A DNA stretch of 43,739 nt from a virus: positions 1 to 43,739 of the IMG/VR virus record IMGVR_UViG_3300033148_003279; one strand, 5' to 3'. How positions within the stretch are numbered: position 1 is the stretch's first letter; each line of letters opens with the position of its first letter. A model generated the notes under the pieces. That model saw only the letters and a list, made by a program, of their open reading frames with translations. It was not told the DNA's origin and did no database searches. Position numbers and translations under genes: made by a program. Positions 1-7,950 of the stretch are shown piece after piece.

Positions 1-114
1 AGCGAATCTTACGGGAGCGAACCTTTCAGGAGCAGACCTTTCAGGAGCGAATCTTACGGGAGCAAATCTTACGAGGGCGGACCTTACGGATGCGAAGCTT
101 GCAGGGGCGAGGCT
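1..114. repeat. Left copy of a 114-bp terminal direct repeat, identical to 43626-43739. It indicates a circular assembly or a terminally redundant genome of about 43,625 bp.
   Basis: Direct reading: agcgaatcttacggg...gcaggggcgaggct occurs at both window ends. Confidence 0.9.
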
Positions 115-148
115 GGAGGGGACGGACCTTCAAAGGGGACAAGAATGA
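1..148 (+). CDS. 3' end of the pentapeptide-repeat protein gene, continuing 43117..43739 across the junction (stop TGA at 146-148)
   Basis: The frame from base 2 reads [48 protein letters not shown]. This is the same frame as the ORF left open at the right edge. Confidence 0.7.
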   Translation, partial: ANLTGANLSGADLSGANLTGANLTRADLTDAKLAGARLEGTDLQRGQE

Positions 149-275
149 AGCAGCACATAAGACCTACAGTGATGGATGGTCCCGTGGTAACGTACGCGGC
201 TGACTTTGGAAAGCTTGATGAGAGTCTTCGATTTCATACTCGTTATGCAGAAGCAAAAGGAGAAAGGAGCATCAG

Positions 276-773
276 ATGAAAACCTACAAAATGAATATGG
301 ATATGGCGATGAAAGCTGCTGCTGAAAAGGCACCCTTTGAGGCAAGCAACCCATCATTCCAGTTCGAGGACGATATTGAGTATGGATGTCCTTACAATAC
401 AGCGCCTCCAGAATATTGTCGGAGGATTGCCTCCATCACGCAGACACGTGCAGAAATTGCAGGCGAGCTTATGGGCATCGATAAGGACGTGATAAAGACA
501 TACTCAGGAGGTCCTGGTGGATTGAGGAACCGAATCAATAACATGACCATCGCTGAGAATGATGGTACAACTCGGTGGTGTGAATGGCGTGAATTGCTGA
601 AGCGCTGGGCAGATGTCTGCAAAGCTGATGATTTCGAGGGATTGCGGAAGCTTCATCAGGACCTGTTAGCATTCCAGCAGCGCCTGGCCAACGGAAATAT
701 AAACGATGTTGTGCTTCAGCGTGAGTGTTACCTTGTGATTGGTGGCATTGCAGGATTTCTGCGGCTTATGTAA
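276..773 (+). CDS. hypothetical protein (165 aa)
   Basis: ORF track. SD aaaggagaaaggag lies upstream of the ATG. There is a possible HTH-like stretch, TQTRAEIAGELMGIDKDVIK. No family recognised. Confidence 0.6.
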   Translation: MKTYKMNMDMAMKAAAEKAPFEASNPSFQFEDDIEYGCPYNTAPPEYCRRIASITQTRAEIAGELMGIDKDVIKTYSGGPGGLRNRINNMTIAENDGTTRWCEWRELLKRWADVCKADDFEGLRKLHQDLLAFQQRLANGNINDVVLQRECYLVIGGIAGFLRLM

Positions 774-797
774 ATAGAATGGATAAGAAAGGAGAGA

Positions 798-1160
798 ATG
801 ATGTGCATTGATGCTGGTCCTGCGAGGAAAACCTCACATACCATATATCTGACTTGTGATTGCTCGCCCAACGCAGTGACGATGAGTGTAATAAGGGGGA
901 AGGAGGAGATCACGGAGTCGGCGATGGTATGGACGCCTGATCCCGATCAGCTTGTAGTGTGTCGCTACTGTGGTCGGAAATATCAGCCTCAAATCGTACG
1001 TAAGGAGTTCATTCATCGGCCTTACATGCGTACAAGCTTATGCTCGTATGAGGGCAGCCTGAGCGTTGATGGTGAGGTCTACAATGTTCGATCATTGAGA
1101 AAGGAGACTGGTGATGCCAACGAAGAGCGAGCTGCGGACACAGCTTTCAACCATGATTGA
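798..1160 (+). CDS. hypothetical protein (120 aa) with a CxxC pair
   Basis: ORF track. SD aaaggagag lies before ATGATG. Contains CRYCG. Confidence 0.55.
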   Translation: MMCIDAGPARKTSHTIYLTCDCSPNAVTMSVIRGKEEITESAMVWTPDPDQLVVCRYCGRKYQPQIVRKEFIHRPYMRTSLCSYEGSLSVDGEVYNVRSLRKETGDANEERAADTAFNHD

Positions 1161-1278
1161 TGATGCAATCGTGGAGAGACTCAAGCGGCTGAGGGATGTG
1201 TGTGATGATCTCACGCGCCTCCTCAAACTAAGAAAGGAAAACAGCGATGCCAATGACATCAGATATCAAGCTCGATGA
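1114..1278 (+). CDS. possible small protein (54 aa, MPTKSELRTQLSTMIDDAIVERLKRL...)
   Basis: Below the track cutoff. SD aaggag lies about 7 nt before ATG 1114. It overlaps both neighbours, so it is uncertain. Confidence 0.3.
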   Translation: MPTKSELRTQLSTMIDDAIVERLKRLRDVCDDLTRLLKLRKENSDANDIRYQAR

Positions 1279-1996
1279 GGTGAGTCAAGTGATCCTGATT
1301 CAGGGACCTCCAGGATCAGGCAAAACTTGGCTCCTCCAGACCTTCCCTCCGCCCGTATATGTATTCGACTTCGATGGAGGCGTTGACACTCTGCGGAACG
1401 TCGAAGGTATCGAATATGATACGTACGTCGATCCTCCATCACCGAATCAGCCTACTGCATGGGCGGCATTCGTCCGCATGCTGAACAACTTCGTCCAGCA
1501 GAAGGAGGGCAGGATTCAGAAGGGAACCCTCGCCATCGATAGCCTCAGCAGCATGATGCTGATGCTGCAGCATTATGTAATGCAGCACAGCAAGCAGAAG
1601 AACCCCTGGGCTCGCCCCTCCCTCCCTGATTGGGGAACCATGATCAGTAATGTCCAGGAGCTCTTCATGGAGTTTCGCTGCCTCAATATGACCGTCGCAA
1701 TCACCTGCCACGAACAGCAGACGATGGATGAGGTCGAGCGCACCCACCTCATCACTCCCAACGTTCCGGGCAGATCGCTGCCGTCTGATATTCCTAAGTG
1801 GTGCGATGGCGTCTATCGGCTCGAAGTGACGCAGTCACCGAAGGGCGAGCTCAGCAGGGTTCTGCGAACCGTATCCACCAGTCGAGTGAATTGCAAGACC
1901 AAACTGCTGGGGCTTGAGCCTGTTGAGGAGCCGAACTATCTCCGCCTGCTGGAGAAGAATCGAGCCGCCGAAGGCAGAAAGGAGGTGACGAACTGA
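1247..1996 (+). CDS. AAA_24 / Sak4-like RecA-fold ATPase (recombination/replication)
   Basis: Walker A VILIQGPPGSGKTW, Walker-B-like LAIDSLS and ITCHE. The ~250-aa size is typical of phage AAA_24 proteins. Confidence 0.8.
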   Translation: MPMTSDIKLDEVSQVILIQGPPGSGKTWLLQTFPPPVYVFDFDGGVDTLRNVEGIEYDTYVDPPSPNQPTAWAAFVRMLNNFVQQKEGRIQKGTLAIDSLSSMMLMLQHYVMQHSKQKNPWARPSLPDWGTMISNVQELFMEFRCLNMTVAITCHEQQTMDEVERTHLITPNVPGRSLPSDIPKWCDGVYRLEVTQSPKGELSRVLRTVSTSRVNCKTKLLGLEPVEEPNYLRLLEKNRAAEGRKEVTN

Positions 1997-2067
1997 AGCA
2001 CATTCGTTGATGTGGCCGTCTGACGGCCTGTTCGATGTAGAGTCATATGGTTTTTGGAGGTATTGTC

Positions 2068-2490
2068 ATGGTGATGAACCTACTTGAGATTCCGCATGCC
2101 GCTGACCTGCCGACATCTGTGCCTGAGGGGGACTACACCCTCGAGCTCCAGCGGATCAGTAAGGCATACTCGAGAGACGCGCAGGCTCCTGGCATCAAGT
2201 GCAGCCTCGCTACCCTCGCTGATGAAAGCCCTGATGGAATGCCTGTCGATGTCTTGAAATGGTGCAGCCTGGAGGCTGAGCGCGTTTGGGTGCTTGCCCA
2301 GTCGCTCGACTTCCTTGATGCTCTTGGCATCGAGCGACAGCAGCTCCAGGCCAACAGCAGCGGAGCGATGAGCGATGAGGAGCTCAACGCATACCTCGCT
2401 ACATTCCAAGGAGCGCAGGTCCGCTGCCATCTGACTGTCCGTGAGTATGAGGGCAGGAGTGTAAACGACGTTCAGAGTGTTGTGGCATAG
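2068..2490 (+). CDS. DUF669-like putative ssDNA-binding protein
   Basis: Directly follows the AAA_24 gene, as in many phages. About 140 aa, with a VPEGDYTLEL pattern. SD ggagg lies 7 nt before ATG 2068; the track start at 2047 has no SD. Confidence 0.4.
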   Translation: MVMNLLEIPHAADLPTSVPEGDYTLELQRISKAYSRDAQAPGIKCSLATLADESPDGMPVDVLKWCSLEAERVWVLAQSLDFLDALGIERQQLQANSSGAMSDEELNAYLATFQGAQVRCHLTVREYEGRSVNDVQSVVA

Positions 2491-2513
2491 TTTCTTCAAA
2501 GTTTGAAAAAACT
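2489..2513 (+). promoter_or_regulatory. palindromic motif copy 1: AGTTTCTTCAAAGTTTGAAAAAACT
   Basis: Overlaps the upstream stop codon TAG. Lies 20 nt before ATG 2534. Confidence 0.8.
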
Positions 2514-2533
2514 CCAAAAAAGGAGCACTAAGA

Positions 2534-2878
2534 ATGGCAAAAGTGAAGAGAGAATGGTCCAGTGCGGATGAGCAAGTCATTTGCACCGTTGACGATGTGA
2601 AGAAGTTCATCGCTCGAGGCGGCAACTCGATTCAGATCAACGCTTCTATGTCCGCTGAAACAGTGGACTATGATGTCCTGGAGCAACTCCTGGCCATCAC
2701 GAAGACAGACTCTGAGGGCAATGAGAAGCCCGCCATCAGTGTCATCGTTCGCAAGTACCCGAAGACCACCGCATCCAAGGTCAGCCCCGCCGTGAGGGCC
2801 CTCTTGGATCAGGGCCTCTCTCCTGACGAGCTCGTAGCCCGCCTGGAGGAGATGGCCTCAGGACCCGAATCCGAATGA
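2534..2878 (+). CDS. hypothetical protein (114 aa)
   Basis: SD aaaggag. Preceded by palindromic motif copy 2489-2513 and followed by GC hairpin 2891-2915. Confidence 0.65.
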   Translation: MAKVKREWSSADEQVICTVDDVKKFIARGGNSIQINASMSAETVDYDVLEQLLAITKTDSEGNEKPAISVIVRKYPKTTASKVSPAVRALLDQGLSPDELVARLEEMASGPESE

Positions 2879-2890
2879 CCATCCGACAGG

Positions 2891-2915
2891 AGGGGGAGGG
2901 CCCATCCCTCCCCCT
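2891..2915 (+). terminator. GC hairpin agggggaggg-cccat-ccctccccct (10-bp stem, no U tract)
   Basis: Direct reading. Lies in the intergenic gap after 2534..2878. Confidence 0.3.
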
Positions 2916-2934
2916 CCTTCGAAGGAGAACCGTT

Positions 2935-3123
2935 ATGAACCGAAACTGTTGGCTCATCACGATCGAGGCATACAAGACGCCGCGCGGCTGGTTAGTGACC
3001 ATACCCGAACAGCTATGCACAGATGGCCGAAGTACTGACATCCTGCTTCAGGATGAGGACTTCCATGAGTTGATTAGCGAGCACGGCCCCTATGACGAGT
3101 CTGAGTCGGAGACCCTAGTATGA
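2935..3123 (+). CDS. hypothetical protein (62 aa)
   Basis: SD gaaggag lies before ATG 2935. The track start at 2875 would read through the hairpin. Confidence 0.5.
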   Translation: MNRNCWLITIEAYKTPRGWLVTIPEQLCTDGRSTDILLQDEDFHELISEHGPYDESESETLV

Positions 3124-4520
3124 GTTACAAATACATTCATCCACATCAGGAGATTCCTAATGGATCCGAGCCGAATGCCGAGCCGAATGCCGAGCCGAAT
3201 GCCGAGCCGAAGAAGGCTCCTGGCCCAAGAGTCGAGAACATCCTCATCGACTCCATCCGCATAGGAGCGCGGCAGCGCGCAGACTATGGTAACCTCGATG
3301 AGCTCGCCCTCTCCCTTCAAGCATTTGGCCTCCTCCAGCCCATAGTCATTGATGCGGATACCAACCTCATTGCAGGGGAGCGCCGCATTCGCGCTGCTCG
3401 CAAATTGGGCTGGACTCACATCCCTGCGACGAGAAAGGAGACTCTTGACGAGGTAGAGCGCGCTGAGATGGAGCTGGAGGAGAATGTCAAGAGGCAGAAT
3501 CTCGATTGGAAGGAGAAGTCCATTGCGATACGGGACATCCAGCTAATGAAGCAGGAGAAGTTTGGACGCAGGGGAAGGGGTCCAAATCGCCCGGGATGGG
3601 CTCAACAAGACACTGCGGCTCTGGCAGGAGTCAGCAACGCTGCTGTGTCTAACGCCATCAAGCTGGCTAACGCCCTCGACGCCGATCCCAGCCTTGCCAA
3701 GTGCAAGACAGCCAATGAGGCCATGCAGAGGCTCAAGCGGGCCGAGGCTCAGCTCATCGACCAAGAAGTTGCTCGCCGATTCAAGCAATCCGAGATCGTC
3801 CTGACGAACCAGCTCAAGCATGGGGATTGCCTCGTGGGGCTTCGTCAGTTGGATTCGGAGTCCGTGGATTTGGTGCTGACTGACCCCGAGTACGGATATG
3901 GGATTGAGGATGCCGCATCGATGAAGGCCCATGCTGGCGACCTCGCCCATCTATCCAAGCCAGCCGATGTGCTGTTCGTCCTCCTCGATCAGGTTCTTCG
4001 AGAATGCTTTCGAGTCCTGAAGCCTGATCGCCATCTCTTCATCTTTTATGGATGTGAGCATTATCAGGCCATTCGAGATTTGCTGACGAATGCGGGTTTC
4101 GAGGTCTGCTTGTGGCCCCTGATATGGGATAAGGGACATTCCGTGTCAGGCACAACTGGAGGGTATTGGCATAGCTGCTCATACGAGCCATTTCTCCAGG
4201 CCAGAAAGGGGAGCCGTCATCTCAAGGGCCACAAGAATGCAGTCTATCGATACAACACAGTTCCCACTCAGCGACGCATCCATGAGACGGAGAAGCCTGT
4301 TGGATTGTTCCTCGAAATAATCGAGGCAGCTTCCGAGCCTGGAGAGTTGGTGTGCGATCCATTCGCAGGATCCGCTGCATGCCTTGAGGCGGCCCTCTTG
4401 AGCGGGAGGCAAGCGCTGGGATGGGAACTCGATGATGTGCGATTCTCGAAGGCAACCATCAGAATCAATGATGTGATTGAGCGTCTCCGCTCAGAGGAGA
4501 AGTCCAATGATGAACGATGA
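3120..4520 (+). CDS. ParB-like nuclease domain fused to a beta-class N6A/N4C DNA methyltransferase
   Basis: The N-terminus has the ParB/Srx motif IAGERRIRAARKLGW. The C-terminus has MTase motif IV variant TDPEY, then motif I DPFAGSAA; the order IV then I is beta class. ATGA overlap with the upstream stop. Confidence 0.85.
   Translation: MSYKYIHPHQEIPNGSEPNAEPNAEPNAEPKKAPGPRVENILIDSIRIGARQRADYGNLDELALSLQAFGLLQPIVIDADTNLIAGERRIRAARKLGWTHIPATRKETLDEVERAEMELEENVKRQNLDWKEKSIAIRDIQLMKQEKFGRRGRGPNRPGWAQQDTAALAGVSNAAVSNAIKLANALDADPSLAKCKTANEAMQRLKRAEAQLIDQEVARRFKQSEIVLTNQLKHGDCLVGLRQLDSESVDLVLTDPEYGYGIEDAASMKAHAGDLAHLSKPADVLFVLLDQVLRECFRVLKPDRHLFIFYGCEHYQAIRDLLTNAGFEVCLWPLIWDKGHSVSGTTGGYWHSCSYEPFLQARKGSRHLKGHKNAVYRYNTVPTQRRIHETEKPVGLFLEIIEAASEPGELVCDPFAGSAACLEAALLSGRQALGWELDDVRFSKATIRINDVIERLRSEEKSNDER
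3168..3212 (+). repeat. 12-bp tandem repeat gagccgaatgcc, about 3.7 copies, encoding (EPNA)3EPK in the ParB-MTase N-terminus
   Basis: Direct reading. Confidence 0.9.
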
Positions 4521-4531
4521 GGAGAAATCTG

Positions 4532-4798
4532 ATGTCCAATAGGAGTAAGGACGCCAAGATTGAGTCTTTGAAAAGAGACCTTGATCTGGCAGAGGAACAG
4601 GTAAACTTGCTGTTGGATGAGATCAAGAGCTTGAAGGCGGAGAATGAGCGCCTACGCCAGGCTGGCGAGGAAAGCGAAGCGGCGTGGCTGATGCTGGATG
4701 ATGACTATGTGCTGCACTGCGATCCAATGCTTGTAGCAAAATGTACGAGGGCGAAGATCGAGCGCCTCCAGGAGATGACTGATGAAGGTCCAGAATGA
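4532..4798 (+). CDS. hypothetical coiled-coil protein (88 aa)
   Basis: SD gaggag lies 7 nt before ATG 4532. ATG 4517, overlapping the upstream stop, is an alternative start. Confidence 0.55.
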   Translation: MSNRSKDAKIESLKRDLDLAEEQVNLLLDEIKSLKAENERLRQAGEESEAAWLMLDDDYVLHCDPMLVAKCTRAKIERLQEMTDEGPE

Positions 4799-7061
4799 AG
4801 GACGACCAACTGCTCCACTATGGCTGGTGGGGGAGGCCCCAGGCGCTGACGAGGCGGCATGCGGGCGCCCATTCGTGGGCTCCGCTGGTCAGCAACTCAA
4901 TCGGCTTCTTAGCGCCGCCGGCATTCGCAGGACGGACTGCTTCCTGACGAACATTCTCGACGAGCGGCCCGGACCCAACTCCAATGACTTCGGCCTCCTC
5001 TACGAGGACAAGAAGCGGGAGCATCCCACTGACCGCCTCCTTCTCGCGTGGAGCGCCCTCCATCACCTTGTTGCCAAGTATGGCCCAAAGTGCATCGTTG
5101 CCCTCGGGGAGGAGCCAATGCGCGCACTCACCGGCCATCGCGGGATCACCAATCATCGCGGCTCCGTATATCGCCTCAACCAAACCACATTCGTTGCTCC
5201 TACATTCCACCCCTCATACATCATGCGAGGGCAGTGGCATTGGAGGACTCCTGTCGTGGCTGACCTCACGAATGCACGCCAAATCGCCTCCTCTGGCACA
5301 TATCCTCTCCCAGACCCCTCCATCCTTACTATGCCCACTCTTAGTGAGGCCCTGAATGCGCTGGAGGCCGCGGGGGCCGCGGAGCGCACAGCCATTGACC
5401 TCGAAACTGCTGGACCTGTAATCCAGACGTTTGGCTTCAGTTGGGAGGAGGACGTCGGCGCCTCCATCCCCTTCACCTCCGGCGGTCCCGATGCCTCATA
5501 CTGGTCCCCTTCCGATGAGGCAGCCATCTGGGAAGCCATTGCTCGGTTCCTCCTCAGCCCGACTCGTAAGGTCTACCAGAATGCCACCTTCGACCATACA
5601 TGGCTCAAGTGGATTGTTGGGCTTCCCATTAGAGGGTTATGGATGGATACCATGCTGGCTCATCACATCCTCTATCCTGAGCTCCCCAAATCCCTCCAAT
5701 TCCAAACTGCCGCATACACTCACTATCCCTTCTATAAGGATATGGGTCGAACATCCGATTACGGGGAGCTGGCCAGATATAACGCGCTGGATGCCATCAC
5801 GACATTCATCATCAGTCACGAGCTGGAGCGTCAATTGACTCAGCATAACTTGTGGTGGCAATACAACGCGCTGACCCATGCCCTCATTGAGCCCGTCTGC
5901 ATGATGATCGCGCGGGGAATGCGGATTGATATCGAGGCGAGGGAGGAGGCCGACCGCTCGATTGCAGAGCAGATGGCTGAGTTGGAGGAGGTCCTCCGGC
6001 AGGAGAGCGGTGAGGATGCATTCAATGCGCGATCTCCCAAGCAGGTCGCGTATGTCATCTATGACAAGCTCAAGCTGAGTCAGCGTCGCGATCGCTCGAC
6101 CAATAAGAAGTTCCTCAAGCCGATGGCGGAGCGTCATCCTCTCATCCGTCACATCATCGAATACCGCGAGCTCTCATCCCTCCGCTCTACATTCATCCAG
6201 ATGCCCCTTGCGAAGGATGGACGACTTCACACCTCATACAACATCGCGGGGACCGTTGAAGGTCGTTGGTCCAGCTCCCAATGGCTCATGAGCACAAAGG
6301 GACAGAAGCTGGGAGGCAATCTTCAGAATGTCCCAAAGGGGCCAGCGCGAAAAGTAGTGGTACCCGACGAGGATGGGTGGTTGATGATTGGGGTGGACCT
6401 CAGCAAGGCGGATGCCCGCATTGTGGCATACCTAAGTGATGACCCTAACTATATCGCCATCTTCGAGGACCCTACCCGCGATCCTTACTTCATCATTGCA
6501 TCCATCATCCATGACCTTCCCTATGAGAGGGTCGAGGGAGACCGAAGCAAATATGCTATGGGGAAGAAGCTTACTCATGCCATTCACTATGGAGGGACAG
6601 AGCGAACCATTGCTATGAATGTCGGTTGCTCCCTCGCAGAAGCGACTCGCGCATACCATACCATCCATAGTAGGTTTCCTGGGATTCGCTCATACATCGA
6701 GGGAGTTGAGGATCAAGTTCGGCGCAAGAAGACCCTCTATAACATCTTCGGGAGGCGGCGCATATTCCTCGATTTGTGGTCCAAGAAGATGCGGGATGAG
6801 GCGCTCGCGTGGATTCCCGCATCCAGCGTCGCTGACTACCAGCATCTCGCTCTCGCGTCCGCCCACAGTGCCCTACCCTCGCCAGCAAGGGTATGCCTTG
6901 AGATTCATGATGCATTTGTCATCACTACACCTCCCGAGCTGGAGGGTCAATGCCAACAGGTGCTGAAGAATGCTTTCGATATTGCTGTTACGATCAAGGG
7001 TAGATCCATCAAAATCCCGTTCGAGATAAAGGTAGGCAGGAACTGGGATGAGGTGGGATAA
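4782..7061 (+). CDS. Family A DNA polymerase with an N-terminal family-4 UDG-like domain and a 3'-5' exonuclease domain
   Basis: UDG-4-like motifs GEAPGADE..GRPFVGSAG and HPSY. Exo I DLETAG, Exo II NATFDHTWL, Exo III YNALDAI. Pol motif A VDLSKADARI, motif C EIHDAF. Confidence 0.9.
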   Translation: MKVQNEGRPTAPLWLVGEAPGADEAACGRPFVGSAGQQLNRLLSAAGIRRTDCFLTNILDERPGPNSNDFGLLYEDKKREHPTDRLLLAWSALHHLVAKYGPKCIVALGEEPMRALTGHRGITNHRGSVYRLNQTTFVAPTFHPSYIMRGQWHWRTPVVADLTNARQIASSGTYPLPDPSILTMPTLSEALNALEAAGAAERTAIDLETAGPVIQTFGFSWEEDVGASIPFTSGGPDASYWSPSDEAAIWEAIARFLLSPTRKVYQNATFDHTWLKWIVGLPIRGLWMDTMLAHHILYPELPKSLQFQTAAYTHYPFYKDMGRTSDYGELARYNALDAITTFIISHELERQLTQHNLWWQYNALTHALIEPVCMMIARGMRIDIEAREEADRSIAEQMAELEEVLRQESGEDAFNARSPKQVAYVIYDKLKLSQRRDRSTNKKFLKPMAERHPLIRHIIEYRELSSLRSTFIQMPLAKDGRLHTSYNIAGTVEGRWSSSQWLMSTKGQKLGGNLQNVPKGPARKVVVPDEDGWLMIGVDLSKADARIVAYLSDDPNYIAIFEDPTRDPYFIIASIIHDLPYERVEGDRSKYAMGKKLTHAIHYGGTERTIAMNVGCSLAEATRAYHTIHSRFPGIRSYIEGVEDQVRRKKTLYNIFGRRRIFLDLWSKKMRDEALAWIPASSVADYQHLALASAHSALPSPARVCLEIHDAFVITTPPELEGQCQQVLKNAFDIAVTIKGRSIKIPFEIKVGRNWDEVG

Positions 7062-7076
7062 AGGAGGACCGATTCA

Positions 7077-7259
7077 ATGACTCGAAGGACCATCAACAGG
7101 CTCGCCCTTGTACAGATTGGACGAGTACTCACGATGGACGAGATGGAGGACGCTCAACTATGCCGAAACATGTCTGAGCTCAAGGACTTTCTTAGGGATT
7201 TGGGGGACGAAGAACGCTTTCCATGCGTTCTACCTTCCCTCCGTTGCAAATCAAGATGA
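7077..7259 (+). CDS. hypothetical protein (60 aa)
   Basis: ORF track. SD aaaggagg upstream. Confidence 0.5.
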   Translation: MTRRTINRLALVQIGRVLTMDEMEDAQLCRNMSELKDFLRDLGDEERFPCVLPSLRCKSR

Positions 7260-7271
7260 AAGGAGATCACG

Positions 7272-7643
7272 ATGATGGACCTCAAACAAATGCTTGAACT
7301 GCTTCCGCCAATGGGCGACGCCAGCCGCCATGTCTACGTCGCTGGCCCCTACGATCAGGGTGACGTAGCCATCAATGTCAAGCGGGCGATGGACGCAGGG
7401 ACGCGCGTGATGGATGCAGGATTCATTCCCTTCATTCCTCACCTCACCCACTTCTTTCACATGTCCAGGCGTCGCAGTCGCACTGAGTGGCTCACCTTCA
7501 GCGCATCATGGCTTCTTCGCTGCGGCGCTGTCTATAATTACGATCCGCACCTCCCATCTGAGGGACGAGATCTCGAGCTTGAACTCGCTCGGTGGTATGG
7601 CATTCCTATTGTGGAATCCACCCTCGACCTTTGCAAGGACTAA
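7272..7643 (+). CDS. DUF4406 / nucleoside 2-deoxyribosyltransferase-like protein
   Basis: Pattern read by eye: VYVAGPY..GDV..N, AGFIPFIPH, LLRCGAVY, S.G...E...A...GIPIV. SD aggag lies 6 nt upstream. Confidence 0.5.
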   Translation: MMDLKQMLELLPPMGDASRHVYVAGPYDQGDVAINVKRAMDAGTRVMDAGFIPFIPHLTHFFHMSRRRSRTEWLTFSASWLLRCGAVYNYDPHLPSEGRDLELELARWYGIPIVESTLDLCKD

Positions 7644-7656
7644 GGAGGAACCTCAA

Positions 7657-7950
7657 ATGCCAGGGAAACCATTCCGAAGCAGATCTGAAGTCGAAGAACG
7701 TATGATGTCGAGAATCAACAAAACCCCATCAGGATGCTGGACATGGCAGGCAGCCTGCGGGCCTCATACGGGCCCTGTGATGTGGCACCCATACAAGCGT
7801 CGCACAGTTTCCGTTGCGCGCTATGTATGGGCGATGGCTCATGGGCCAATCCCTAAAGGCCTCTGCCTCTACAATACTTGTGGAAATAAGTACTGTGTAA
7901 ATCCTGACCACCACGAAGTCAGGCCGAGGGGTCGAAAGGGGGTTCTTTGA
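7657..7950 (+). CDS. HNH_3-like protein in which the first catalytic His appears to be replaced by Asn
   Basis: SGCWTW...ARYVWAMAHGPIPKGL.LYNTCGNKYCVNPDHH. SD taaggagg lies 7 nt before ATG 7657; the track ORF 7414 is an upstream extension overlapping the previous gene. Confidence 0.6.
   Translation: MPGKPFRSRSEVEERMMSRINKTPSGCWTWQAACGPHTGPVMWHPYKRRTVSVARYVWAMAHGPIPKGLCLYNTCGNKYCVNPDHHEVRPRGRKGVL

Noticed and set aside
1-114. The terminal identity as a biological direct terminal repeat of a T7-like linear genome
   Set aside because: This cannot be decided from sequence alone. The repeat lies inside a coding, internally repetitive gene and is continuous in frame, which favours an assembler overlap of a circular or permuted molecule. 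It needs read-terminus analysis.
149-275. 35-aa ORF starting at ATG 172, and a 23-aa ORF at 42018-42089, in short intergenic gaps
   Set aside because: They have no SD, are very short and contain no recognisable motif.
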